From the IMG/VR virus record IMGVR_UViG_3300045988_183421: a stretch of 64,000 nucleotides of DNA, one strand, 5' to 3'. Positions 20,108 to 29,830 of this stretch are shown in pieces (the first letter of the stretch is position 1; each line of letters starts with the position of its first letter). Position numbers and translations under genes: made by a program. The stretch is from a virus. The notes beneath the pieces are model-generated. The model saw only the letters and a list, made by a program, of their open reading frames with translations, was not told where the DNA came from and ran no database searches.

Positions 20108-23100
20108 ATGCAGAAACCTCGTAAGCGGTTTTTGAGTGCGATTGTCGCCGTAGCAATGTGCCTGTCTCAGTTTGCTCCTGTCACTGCTTATGCAGTGGAG
20201 AGCGCGAGTGGAATCACGCAGAGTGAAGAAGCTCCGAAGGAAACTGATGCACTCAGCACTACGACAACAAACTCCGACTCTTCCGCTACTACTCCCGCGC
20301 CGAAAAGCGATGTTACCGACACAGCAAGTTCCGCGTCCAGCGACACTTCTGTGACGAGCGATGTTTCTTCTGAGGCTACAAGTCAGGCGGGGTCTGAAAC
20401 GACCACTGCCTACGCAAACAGTGCTGCCTCTGATACTGGTGCAAGCACCAGCACTTCCAGCGAAGCTTCTACCACTGGCAGCATCAGTGAAGCAGCACAG
20501 GCATTTATCGATGCGGCTAACGCCCTTGTAAGCCGTAAAGATGAAATTCTGACTGCTGCAAACAACTTCGGTCTTGCAAGCAAGGCATGGCAGGCTGACA
20601 AGGAAAACGCGGTTCTTGATGCGATGGTCACGCGTCGCACTGAGGAACTGGATGCAGTTTATGACTGGGAACCCATTGAGGACATGTATTATTCTCTGAG
20701 CGAGGATGAGCAGGTCGCAGAGCCCGTCATGAATGCATACCTTGACATGTCTGACCTGTATCTGCAGGTTTGCGACCGTCAGGAAAACCCCGTAGACAAC
20801 AGCGGTGCCAGCGCGTTTGATGGCGGCGGTTCTACGACTGTCATCGGGGACTATCAGGCAATCACCGCTGCTGAGACTGGTAAGCAGATTGCCGCAGGTA
20901 CTGGTATTCAGTATACCAAGATTAGCGGTCAGGAGAATGTTATTCGCATTCTGCCTCAGACTGTTACCTACACCTACGGTGACTCTTTCAAGTCTAAGGG
21001 TCTGACCATCGAATACAGCACTGCTGATTCCCGTACTTCTCAGGAAGTCGAAAAGGATATTCAGGCAGCTATCGACGGTCTGAGCTTCATCATGTATGCT
21101 CCGGCTGACGGCGACGGCCAGAATCCCACAGACATTCATTGCAATGCCGGTACTTATCCGACTTATGTTGATACAGGTGCCACAAGCGTTACTGTGAATG
21201 GTCTGAATTACACCATCATTGATGGTTCTAACTTGGATTCTTCCAAGAACATCCGCAATGACACGGGTGTGACTATCAATAAGCGTCAGATTTACATTGT
21301 CCCTCATACCACCTATGTTACGAAGGGCAATACTATCAGCCAGATTAACTACACCGTTATGGATACCAATGGCGGTCTGGTTGACGGCGACCTGCTTCCT
21401 GCGGATGTTCTGACCACAGAGAACTTTGATAAGGACACTACCGGTTCTTACAAAATCATCTTAGGTTCCTCCGCGAAGAGCAACACGAACTACAACATCG
21501 ACATTCAGCCCAATACCGGCGATGTGTATGTTGTCGTTTCTGAAAAGACTCTGACCCTGACTCCTGTATTTGTCTTCAAGGGCAATGATGGCGTACAGAC
21601 GACCGGCAGCAAAGCCACTCGTCAATATGGTCAGCAGAATCCTCAGGTTGACTTCGTGATTACCGGCTGGTCTGATACCGATAAGACGAATTTCGAGTAT
21701 AAGACCAACAACGAGCACAAATCCAACGCAGTTGCTCTGAAAGAGATGCTTGGTCTGAGCGGTGAACCCACCGTTGTTCTGCCCAGCATCACCTCTGCTC
21801 CAGGTGGCTATACTGTTACAATCGGCAATATCCAGACGAATGCGCCTATCAATGGTTATAACATCAACCTTGCTACCGCAACGTTTGAAATTACCAAGCG
21901 TAACGTAACCATCACCAACGACCAGATTGATGCCATCTATGGTGAGGCTGAAAAGGGCAAGTCTTCCACCATCACCTTCGACGCTGTTGCTTATAACGGT
22001 GCTGCTCAGGCAGTGGCCTCCGATAAGCGTATTGTCGCTGGTTCTGACATCACCGCTGATGACGGTGTGAACAAGCTGGTCAGCATGGTTCTGACAACAC
22101 AGCGTCAGGATATCGACAATAAGAATGTTGGCGAATATCCGATGACTGTCGAAGTTCCCCCTGCATGCACTGCTTACTATGACGTCAAGGTCATCAACAG
22201 CAAGTACATCATCCATCCTGCAATGCTGACTGTCACTCTCGATGACCTGTCCGCAATGTATGGCGCTGCTCGTTCCGGCAAGATTAAATCCATCGAAGGT
22301 TTCAAGCTGAACGATACACAGGCAAGCATCGGTTTGACCGAGGACAAGCTTGGCTTTACTATGGTAGATGCGGCTGGCAACAGCGGCACTTCTACAACTG
22401 CCAATGTTGGCGAATACACCGTCAGCGCATCTGTGCAGGGTGCTTCTCAGGAGCGTTGGTCTTCTGACTGGGACCCCAATGCCGATGGCAAGAACTACGA
22501 CCGTTACGACAACTATCTGGTTCGTTTTGTCAACAGCAAGCTGACCGTCACCAAGCGTCCTATCGCCATCAATGTGATGGGTGGTCAGACGAAGGTTTAC
22601 GGCGACAGTGATGCCAAGGGCGGCGTTGCCTTTACTCTTGACCCCGTCAATGGCAAGGGTGGCCGTGTTGGTTCCGACTTTGCTGGCTGCGTTGTGACTC
22701 GTGAGGTCGGCGAGACTGTTGGCTCTTACGCTTACAGCGATGCACAGTTCCAGACTGCTGAAATCGCCAAGAACTACGACATCACCTTCAATGCTCCCGA
22801 TAAGTACACTATCACCAAGCGTACTCTGACCATCACCGTTCCGAACCGTGAGCGTCTGTATGGCGCAGAGAATCCCAGCGATGCCGACATTACCGGCGCA
22901 CTGGAATACAAGAACTTCGCAAGCAACGATGAAATCGGCATCCATGATACCGTCGCTTCTCTGGGCGGCACTGTCACCATCAAGTATGGCGTTGACAATA
23001 CCGTTGGTAAGCTGACTGGTGTCGGTACCTATCCTATCGTTGTTTCCGGTTACACCAACCCCAACTACAACATCGTTTACACCGGTACTTACAACGATGG

Positions 23101-26100
23101 TACAAGCGGTACACTGACTATCAATGCACTGCCTGTCACCATCAAGGGTACTACCAACAGCGTCCGTAAGTACGGCGTTGCCGGTAAGAACACCCCCAGC
23201 TATGCGCTGTATGACGAGACCGGTTCTCAGGCTATCAATGTGGTTGACCCGCAGGGCAGCCCGCTGAACATCCACATCGACCTGACCAAGTGGGAAGACC
23301 CCACCACGGTTGTCGGCAACTATGAGGCTACCATCTCTTATGATGAGAACCCCAACTACATCGTAACGATTGCTCCGCAGGCCACGTTCCAAGTCACCGA
23401 GGCTGATGTCTCTGTCACCTTCAACGCACTGCAGACTACTTACGGTGAGAAGAAGCCCGACACCATCGCCAAGGAAGTTTCCGTCAACGTGAATACCTCT
23501 GATGGCACTCAGATTTACCACGATGGCGAAACCGTCAATATCAAGATGGACGGCAAGGATGTTTCTCTGGGTGTTGTTCGTATCGCCGTTGAGGCTACTG
23601 CGAACGCTTCTGGTCTGTACGATGCAGGTTCTTACAACCTGACCTTCCGTCTGGATAACCAGCCCGCAAACAGCGTTAAGCTGTCTGAGCCCGATGGTAA
23701 GAACATGCTGATTGTTCACCAGATGCCCCTGACCATCACTCCTCGCTATGGCCTGTCCAAGACTTACGGCGAGACTGACCCCAGCTTTGCAGTCAACGAT
23801 ACCTATGTCATCTTCGACTACAACACCACCAGCTTCGCAGAACCCAAGGCCGACTTCGCACAGGCTCGTCTGAGCCGTGAAGCAGGCGAGAACGCTGGCA
23901 CTTATCCGATTTACAGCGGTAACATCTATGAGCAGACGATGGCAAAGAACTATCGTATCAGCTTCACCAATGATGTTCGCTTCACCATCAATAAGCGTAC
24001 TGCCGTTATCAACCTGCTCGAAACCGAAAAGACCTATGGTGAGACCCTCACTTCTATGAACGTGAAGGATTACATCAAGGGCGGCACTGGTCTGCTGACT
24101 ACTACTGATGTTCAGGCAGCAGAAGCCGAAAAGATTCTTAAGGGCATTACCCTGACTTCCGGTGCAACTTCTGCTTCCGCAAGCGTTGGCACTTATGCTC
24201 TGAAAGCTATCTACGCACAGCCTGCCAACTACGACCTGACGGTGATTGATTCTACCATCACCATCACTCCTCGTCCCATCACCCTGACTTTCTCCAACTA
24301 CGAGAAGGATTACGGCGATGCAGACCCCGCATTCTCTTACAGCGAGATTTCCGGCAACATTTCCAACGATGGTCTGAAGAAGAATACGCTGGAACTGACT
24401 ACTGGTGCTCTGAGCGGCTCTGTTACTCGCAAAGCCGGTGAGGATGTCGGTGAATATCCCATCAGCTCCACTCTGTACAACAAGTACGGCAACTACGCCA
24501 TCACCATCGTGACTGGCTCCGGCACTTCCGTCGATGTTGGTTCTTCCACCACCGAGCCCGAAGCTATGGAAGTTGCTACTCTGACCATCAAGCCCGTTAA
24601 GGTCACCTTTACTGTGGCTGGCGGTTACTCCATGATTTATGGCGGCACCGTTCCCACGTTCAGCTACACCGTTACTGGCTTGAAGAACAACGACACCGTT
24701 GCTTCCGCATTCACTGGCTCGGTTGTCTACAACATCAAGAATGCTGACGGTTCTCTGTCCGAGATTCCTGCTCGTCCTGCTGCTGGCGATTATGTCATCA
24801 CCATGAGCGGTCTGGAAAACAAGGGCGCAAAGAACTATGACCCCATCGTCTTTGTTGATGGTTCTCTGCATGTCGATAAGCGCGATGTAATCGTGGTTGT
24901 TGACGAAGGCCAGAAGAAGGTCTACGGTGAGGCTGACCCCGCACTGACTTGGACTGCAACTGGCGACGGCGCTTACTATGTGAGCGAGGATGCAGGCGAC
25001 CTTGCAAATCTGAAGGTTGTTCGTCCTGACGCTGGCACCGATGCTGGTGAAGATGTCGGCAAGCACCCGATGATTATCGAGGGCGATGATGCCAACTTCA
25101 ACATCACCCGCGTAAACAACACCTTCGAAATCACTCCTGCTACTCTGAATGTCACTCTGGCAGCTCAGAGCAAGATTTACGGCGATGAGAACCCTGTTCT
25201 CTCCGGCGATGACCTGATTTTCGATGGATTCGTTGTGAAACCCGTCAAGGGCAACACCACTCCTGATGATGCTGGTGTCCTGAGCATTGCAAACCTGACC
25301 TTCAACTTCACCGATGCTGAGGGAGCTCCCGCAACGGTAGCTTCTCACGCTGGTACCGGCAAGGTCGTTCCTGCAAATGTTGAGAATGCCGCAGCAAACA
25401 ACTACACCTTTGTTTACGCTCCCGTTGATTTTGTTATCGACAAGCGTCCCATCACTGTCACCGCTAAACCCCAGACTTCTATCTATGGCGACGATGTTGC
25501 TGTTGAAGATTGGTCTGATTACGGTACCGTGAACGTTCTGGAATACACTGGTGACACTGCCAAGGCAGCTCTGGTCAATGGTGATATTCTGGAAGGCACG
25601 AACCTGTGCCTCGTCACTTCTGCAAGCCATGTCGGAGGCTATGACATTGTTCCTTCCTTCTCCGGTCTGGCTCACCGCGTCGGTCAGGCTTCTTATCAGG
25701 ATTATCTGGTAACTGCTATGAACGGCACTTACACGGTCACTCAGCGTCCTCTGACTTGGACCATCGGCACTGTTGGTTCTGTCTACGGCAATGAAATGGC
25801 CGAACTGAGCAATACTCTTACCTATACTGGTGATGCCGATAAGAAGACCATCGTTAATGGCGATGACCTGAAAGCTATTATCAGCATCACTCAGAAGGAT
25901 GTTGAGAACGCGGTTGCCGAAAAGATTTCCATGAAGTCTGCTGATGGTGCTGCTTCTCTGGTTGCGGAGAGCGTGCCCGAATCTGTCAAGAATTACGGTG
26001 TATACGACATGGTCGGTTCTTACGACAATGATGATTACCTGATTACGATTGTTAATGGCGTTTATACCATTGGCGAGCGTCTGGTCGAAGTCACTGTCAC

Positions 26101-28051
26101 CGAGCCCAAGGATATCGTCTATGGCGATACCACTAACCCCGACTTTACCGTAAATGCTGTTGCCACCAATGGCGATGGTACGCACGGTGCAGCTGTCAAA
26201 CCTGATTCTCTGGGCCTGAAGATGGCACTTGTTTATACTCCTTTCGAGAACGACAAGACCACCGACAATGCACAGACTGCTCCCTTGACTGCTGATGCAA
26301 AGGCGACTCTGACTCCTGACATCGCCAGCGGCGATGACGGCGTGGAGAGCGACAGCCAGTTCAAGACTGAGAATGTCAAGAACGCTGGTACTTACACCTA
26401 CACCGTTACCTCTGATTACGATGCTGCTGTTGAGCAGAATTACGCAGTAACAATCAATGTCGTCGATGCCGATAAGAACGAAGCCGATGGTCAGTTCGTT
26501 ATCGCTCGTAAAGACCTGACGGTTACTCTCGACCCGAACCCCGTCGTCAAGCTGTATGGCACTAAGACGGAGATTCCCGAAATCAAGACCAGTGGTTACG
26601 CTTTCGACGAGACTGCTGAAACCGTTAAGCTGCCTTCCTTCGAACTCATTGTTGCTTCCAGCATCGATGGTATCTTCGGTAATGTTGGCTTGACGAAGGA
26701 CGCTTTCAAGTATGTTGGCGGCGCTTACGACAACTACAATTACCTGCCTACCACCGGAGACATCGAAGTTCAGCGTCTGCATCTTGCCGATGTAGAGCCC
26801 GCAACTATCGTTGGTACTGTGGCTGACGAAAAGACCGGTAAGCCTGTTGAGGTTACCAAGAAGACGACTGATGACCTGAGTGGCCTGTACTTCAACTCTA
26901 AGGTTGAAGTTATCGCTCCTAAGGGTTACGCAATCGGAACCAGCGATTCCCTGACCGATGCTGAGTGGGCCGAGAAGATGGTCATTTCCGCTAATAGTGA
27001 GAAGGTTACTTCTACCTATTACCTGATTGACCTGAAGACCGGTGCCATTACCGAGATGGGAACTATCATCACTTCTCTTGATACCGAAGCTCCTGTCGTT
27101 GCTTCCGCTTTCGCTGCCGATAAGGTTGATTCTACCAATAAGACCGACTTGCTGAACGAAAAGTTCGTCAAGTTCGAGAGCACCATCAATGTGTTCATTA
27201 CTGGTGAAGAGACTGGCAAGGCTCCCGAAAAGGACGACGATAAGAAGAACGATACCGACAAGAAGGAAGATTCCGGTAAGAAGGATGAAACCGAATCCGG
27301 TACCGATGAGAAGATTCCCGCCGAGTCCGAGAAGACCGAAACGACCAATGACAAGACCGAAGCTACTACGCTTCGTATTGCTCATGGTAAGCCCGCTCTC
27401 TTCACAACCGGCGACGAGACCGGTGATGAAAACGGTAATGATGTCGTTGCTACTCCCGACGAAAACGGTGGCAAGGATGATACCGAAGACCCCGACTTCG
27501 TGCCTGTTGTAAAGGTCAAGGATTCCGTTCCTGCTATCTCCGCTCTGGATGGCGAGTACAACTCCGGTGTCGCTAAGATTCAGTATTACAAGGTCAATGG
27601 TTCTGCTATTGCCAAGAGTGCTGATGGCGATTACACCTTCGACGAAACCAAGTTCGAGACTGTCAATGTCACAAGCATTGATAAGGACAACGGTTACGTT
27701 ACCTTCAAGCTGAGCCCCGATTGGACTGGTTACATTGTGACCCGTACAGTCGATAAGGCAGGCAACTACGGCGATGTCCGGGTAGCAAGCGTTAAGCTGG
27801 AGAATCCTCCGGAAGAAAGCAGACCGACTCCGACTCCTGTAGTCAAGAATGAGCCTGCTCCCACTCCGGCACCTGTTGTAGTCAACTACAAGACTGGCGT
27901 TGGTTTTGGCGCAGACATCATCGTTCCTGTTATCGTTGTTGTTGCTCTGATTGGCGTTGGCGCATTTGTCATCGTTAAGAAGAAGAAGGGCGATAGCGAA
28001 GAAAAAGCTGCTGAAAAGACCGAGGATAAAACCGAGGAAAAGAAGCAGTAA
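20108..28051 (+). CDS. Giant surface adhesin 2 of 2647 aa. It has a signal peptide, a Ser/Thr-rich region, about 25 MBG repeats, an acidic K/E/D-rich region, a Pro/Thr linker, an NYKTG sorting motif, a transmembrane helix and a KKKK tail.
   Basis: RBS AGGAGGG lies 10 nt upstream of the ATG. The N-terminus is MQKPRKRFLSAIVAVAMCLSQFAPVTAYA. Many 'K(V/T)YGExDP' motifs. The C-terminus reads 'VVVNYKTGVGFGADIIVPVIVVVALIGVGAFVIVKKKKGDSEE'. Confidence 0.9.
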   Translation: MQKPRKRFLSAIVAVAMCLSQFAPVTAYAVESASGITQSEEAPKETDALSTTTTNSDSSATTPAPKSDVTDTASSASSDTSVTSDVSSEATSQAGSETTTAYANSAASDTGASTSTSSEASTTGSISEAAQAFIDAANALVSRKDEILTAANNFGLASKAWQADKENAVLDAMVTRRTEELDAVYDWEPIEDMYYSLSEDEQVAEPVMNAYLDMSDLYLQVCDRQENPVDNSGASAFDGGGSTTVIGDYQAITAAETGKQIAAGTGIQYTKISGQENVIRILPQTVTYTYGDSFKSKGLTIEYSTADSRTSQEVEKDIQAAIDGLSFIMYAPADGDGQNPTDIHCNAGTYPTYVDTGATSVTVNGLNYTIIDGSNLDSSKNIRNDTGVTINKRQIYIVPHTTYVTKGNTISQINYTVMDTNGGLVDGDLLPADVLTTENFDKDTTGSYKIILGSSAKSNTNYNIDIQPNTGDVYVVVSEKTLTLTPVFVFKGNDGVQTTGSKATRQYGQQNPQVDFVITGWSDTDKTNFEYKTNNEHKSNAVALKEMLGLSGEPTVVLPSITSAPGGYTVTIGNIQTNAPINGYNINLATATFEITKRNVTITNDQIDAIYGEAEKGKSSTITFDAVAYNGAAQAVASDKRIVAGSDITADDGVNKLVSMVLTTQRQDIDNKNVGEYPMTVEVPPACTAYYDVKVINSKYIIHPAMLTVTLDDLSAMYGAARSGKIKSIEGFKLNDTQASIGLTEDKLGFTMVDAAGNSGTSTTANVGEYTVSASVQGASQERWSSDWDPNADGKNYDRYDNYLVRFVNSKLTVTKRPIAINVMGGQTKVYGDSDAKGGVAFTLDPVNGKGGRVGSDFAGCVVTREVGETVGSYAYSDAQFQTAEIAKNYDITFNAPDKYTITKRTLTITVPNRERLYGAENPSDADITGALEYKNFASNDEIGIHDTVASLGGTVTIKYGVDNTVGKLTGVGTYPIVVSGYTNPNYNIVYTGTYNDGTSGTLTINALPVTIKGTTNSVRKYGVAGKNTPSYALYDETGSQAINVVDPQGSPLNIHIDLTKWEDPTTVVGNYEATISYDENPNYIVTIAPQATFQVTEADVSVTFNALQTTYGEKKPDTIAKEVSVNVNTSDGTQIYHDGETVNIKMDGKDVSLGVVRIAVEATANASGLYDAGSYNLTFRLDNQPANSVKLSEPDGKNMLIVHQMPLTITPRYGLSKTYGETDPSFAVNDTYVIFDYNTTSFAEPKADFAQARLSREAGENAGTYPIYSGNIYEQTMAKNYRISFTNDVRFTINKRTAVINLLETEKTYGETLTSMNVKDYIKGGTGLLTTTDVQAAEAEKILKGITLTSGATSASASVGTYALKAIYAQPANYDLTVIDSTITITPRPITLTFSNYEKDYGDADPAFSYSEISGNISNDGLKKNTLELTTGALSGSVTRKAGEDVGEYPISSTLYNKYGNYAITIVTGSGTSVDVGSSTTEPEAMEVATLTIKPVKVTFTVAGGYSMIYGGTVPTFSYTVTGLKNNDTVASAFTGSVVYNIKNADGSLSEIPARPAAGDYVITMSGLENKGAKNYDPIVFVDGSLHVDKRDVIVVVDEGQKKVYGEADPALTWTATGDGAYYVSEDAGDLANLKVVRPDAGTDAGEDVGKHPMIIEGDDANFNITRVNNTFEITPATLNVTLAAQSKIYGDENPVLSGDDLIFDGFVVKPVKGNTTPDDAGVLSIANLTFNFTDAEGAPATVASHAGTGKVVPANVENAAANNYTFVYAPVDFVIDKRPITVTAKPQTSIYGDDVAVEDWSDYGTVNVLEYTGDTAKAALVNGDILEGTNLCLVTSASHVGGYDIVPSFSGLAHRVGQASYQDYLVTAMNGTYTVTQRPLTWTIGTVGSVYGNEMAELSNTLTYTGDADKKTIVNGDDLKAIISITQKDVENAVAEKISMKSADGAASLVAESVPESVKNYGVYDMVGSYDNDDYLITIVNGVYTIGERLVEVTVTEPKDIVYGDTTNPDFTVNAVATNGDGTHGAAVKPDSLGLKMALVYTPFENDKTTDNAQTAPLTADAKATLTPDIASGDDGVESDSQFKTENVKNAGTYTYTVTSDYDAAVEQNYAVTINVVDADKNEADGQFVIARKDLTVTLDPNPVVKLYGTKTEIPEIKTSGYAFDETAETVKLPSFELIVASSIDGIFGNVGLTKDAFKYVGGAYDNYNYLPTTGDIEVQRLHLADVEPATIVGTVADEKTGKPVEVTKKTTDDLSGLYFNSKVEVIAPKGYAIGTSDSLTDAEWAEKMVISANSEKVTSTYYLIDLKTGAITEMGTIITSLDTEAPVVASAFAADKVDSTNKTDLLNEKFVKFESTINVFITGEETGKAPEKDDDKKNDTDKKEDSGKKDETESGTDEKIPAESEKTETTNDKTEATTLRIAHGKPALFTTGDETGDENGNDVVATPDENGGKDDTEDPDFVPVVKVKDSVPAISALDGEYNSGVAKIQYYKVNGSAIAKSADGDYTFDETKFETVNVTSIDKDNGYVTFKLSPDWTGYIVTRTVDKAGNYGDVRVASVKLENPPEESRPTPTPVVKNEPAPTPAPVVVNYKTGVGFGADIIVPVIVVVALIGVGAFVIVKKKKGDSEEKAAEKTEDKTEEKKQ
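20940..26800 (+). repeat. MBG-domain repeat array inside adhesin 2.
   Basis: Recurring YG(D/E)xDP...Y..(T/S)G motifs roughly every 75-90 aa. Confidence 0.65.
27884..27898 (+). other. Sorting motif NYKTG of adhesin 2.
   Basis: The codons aac tac aag act ggc are followed by 'VGFGADIIVPVIVVVALIGVGAFVIV' and then 'KKKKGD'. Confidence 0.5.
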
Positions 28052-28092
28052 CCAACTGAAATAATCTCTACTCCGCGTAAGAGATAACATAT

Positions 28093-28130
28093 AGCGCTCC
28101 GCAGGTAAATCTGTGGGGCGCTATTCTTTG
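28093..28130 (+). terminator. Terminator of adhesin 2.
   Basis: AGCGCTCCGCAG-gtaaat-CTGTGGGGCGCT stem followed by ATTCTTTG. Confidence 0.6.
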
Positions 28131-28159
28131 TTGACTATTTATGCTTTTGGTGGTATAAT
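28131..28159 (+). promoter_or_regulatory. Promoter family B, copy 1 (TTGACT, a 17-nt spacer ending in TGG, then TATAAT: the extended -10 'TGGTATAATAT').
   Basis: Consensus sigma-A hexamers with a TG extension. Confidence 0.65.
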
Positions 28160-28227
28160 ATAAGCATAGTGCATGAAGCTTGTTTATGCACATCAAACAA
28201 ACACACATGAAAAAGGAGAAGTTACTC

Positions 28228-28887
28228 ATGCAGAAGGTTAACAAGAGTTCTGTAAAGAAGGGTGCTGCGCTGTGTCTCGCTATGGCAATGGCCTGCACTG
28301 CATTTGTTGGTTGTGGCAAGAAGGATGATGCTGCCAGTGCAAGCGGCGCGACCAGTGAGTCCGCAGTTGAGGTTCTGGATAACAGCAAGCTGACTGAGAT
28401 GCCCGATGGTGTTTCTCTGAGTGAGGACCAGATGAAGACCACCATGAACGCTTATGCCGCTTATATGACCGAGGCTCTGGCAAGCGATGGCTATACCGTC
28501 ACCGTTCGCTATGACGAGGATGGCAGCGTTCATTTCGACGGTACTAAGACCGCTGATGACGGTTCTACTGTTGAGGTTCCTGACCTGTCCAAGTTCGACA
28601 ATCTGAGCGCCGCGTTCGCATATCTGTACAACTGTGGTCAGGCTGATGCCGAGGGCAATCTGCTGGTGGCTACCTCCGTGCCTGCTGAGGAAGCGGCTGC
28701 ATCCGAGGCTGAGAGCACTGCTGAATCCGAAGCTGCTGACAGTGAGGCTTCCGACAGCGAGGCTAAAAGCACCGAGACTGATGGCGATGCCGCTGAATCC
28801 ACTGAGGAGGCTTCCTCTGAGGATACTACCGAGGCTGATTCTGCTGCTGAGTCCGAGGCCCCTGCTGACGAAACTGCAGTAGGCTAA
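28228..28887 (+). CDS. Lipoprotein with an acidic S/E/A-rich C-terminal tail.
   Basis: RBS AAAAGGAGAAG. N-terminus MQKVNKSSVKKGAALCLAMAMACTAFVGCGKKDD contains a lipobox-like FVGC. Confidence 0.75.
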   Translation: MQKVNKSSVKKGAALCLAMAMACTAFVGCGKKDDAASASGATSESAVEVLDNSKLTEMPDGVSLSEDQMKTTMNAYAAYMTEALASDGYTVTVRYDEDGSVHFDGTKTADDGSTVEVPDLSKFDNLSAAFAYLYNCGQADAEGNLLVATSVPAEEAAASEAESTAESEAADSEASDSEAKSTETDGDAAESTEEASSEDTTEADSAAESEAPADETAVG

Positions 28888-29038
28888 AAGACGCCTTGTG
28901 AGGCTGGCACATAAACTCGATTATTTTCTCAAAGTGCGATGCAGGATGTATAGACCTGCGGTTGGCGAGCAACGATAAAACCAGTCATCAGGGAAGCAGA
29001 ACAGTGTTTAGGCACTGAATGCGGACCTTAAACCTTCA

Positions 29039-29073
29039 GATAGCCGCTCAGAAATGGGTGGCTATCTTTTTTT
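29039..29073 (+). terminator. Terminator lying 150 nt after the lipoprotein stop.
   Basis: GATAGCC..(14 nt)..GGCTATC followed by TTTTTTT. Confidence 0.6.
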
Positions 29074-29085
29074 GTATTATACAAG

Positions 29086-29114
29086 TTGACCATTAAGGCA
29101 AAATGTGGTATAAT
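29086..29114 (+). promoter_or_regulatory. Promoter family B, copy 2 (TTGACC..aaaTGTGGTATAATATAG).
   Basis: -35 and extended -10 hexamers with a 17-nt spacer. Confidence 0.65.
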
Positions 29115-29136
29115 ATAGAAAAGAGGAGGAATGAAA

Positions 29137-29691
29137 ATGCCGATTATTCTTTATTTAGGATTGACTTTACATCTTTGTACGAAGGGGCTTGGCTTCTTAC
29201 ACTTCATTGCTAATCTGCTGACTACCGTAACACTTCTTTTTATTTTTGTTTGTGTTATGAAAATATCCTATAAGGCATATAAGAAGGGAGCTTCTCCGCT
29301 CATTTTCGCCTATGGTACCTATGGCGTGTATCCGCTGGTATACGGTGTAGGCTCTATCATTCAGTGTGTTCCGTCTTGGCTTTGGGTGTGGTATTTTATG
29401 AACCATGTCGAGTTGGGAACTGGATTTACAATGTTCCAGTTCGATTCCATTGCTTACACTCTTGCATTGTCTGCTTATTGCTGGTTCTTCTACAAGAAAC
29501 TGGCAAAAGCGTTTGATAAGGATGAAGCATTTGCCAAGAAGCTGTTTTTTGCCTATCCGTTAGCATTAAAGGAACTTGCGTTTGGCGATAGTGAATATGT
29601 ACTCAAATGTCGTTGTGAGCCCACACCTAAGTACATTCCGAAAGAGGAACGAGTAAACACGACTGTCAATGAAGACGTCGATGAAGATTGA
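29137..29691 (+). CDS. Integral membrane protein of unknown function. A start at 29131 is also possible.
   Basis: RBS AAGAGGAGGA. The translation is hydrophobic: MPIILYLGLTLHLCTKGLGFLHFIANLLTTVTLLFIFV... Confidence 0.7.
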   Translation: MPIILYLGLTLHLCTKGLGFLHFIANLLTTVTLLFIFVCVMKISYKAYKKGASPLIFAYGTYGVYPLVYGVGSIIQCVPSWLWVWYFMNHVELGTGFTMFQFDSIAYTLALSAYCWFFYKKLAKAFDKDEAFAKKLFFAYPLALKELAFGDSEYVLKCRCEPTPKYIPKEERVNTTVNEDVDED

Positions 29692-29705
29692 TATGTGATG
29701 GGGAT

Positions 29706-29736
29706 GCCGAGCGGTGATAAGCCGCTCGGCTTTTTT
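29706..29736 (+). terminator. Rho-independent terminator.
   Basis: GCCGAGCGG-tgataa-GCCGCTCGGC followed by TTTTTT. Confidence 0.85.
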
Positions 29737-29737
29737 C

Positions 29738-29766
29738 TTTGCTATTTGCTGCAAAGTAGATACAAT
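29738..29766 (+). promoter_or_regulatory. Promoter family A, copy 2 (TTTGCT-atttgctgcaaagtaga-TACAAT).
   Basis: It shares the ATTTGCTGCAAAGTAGATA core with the other family-A copies. Confidence 0.5.
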
Positions 29767-29830
29767 AAAAGGAGAATTCGAAAGGAGGCGGCGTACAGGC
29801 AGACAAGCTGCTAAGACGCCCAAAAAAGCT

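Noticed and set aside
28180-28227. Longer N-terminal extension (MFMHIKQTHMKKEKLL) of the lipoprotein
   Set aside because: The strong RBS AAAAGGAGAAG is positioned for ATG 28228, which begins a canonical lipoprotein signal peptide. The upstream ATGs have no RBS and overlap the -10 region.
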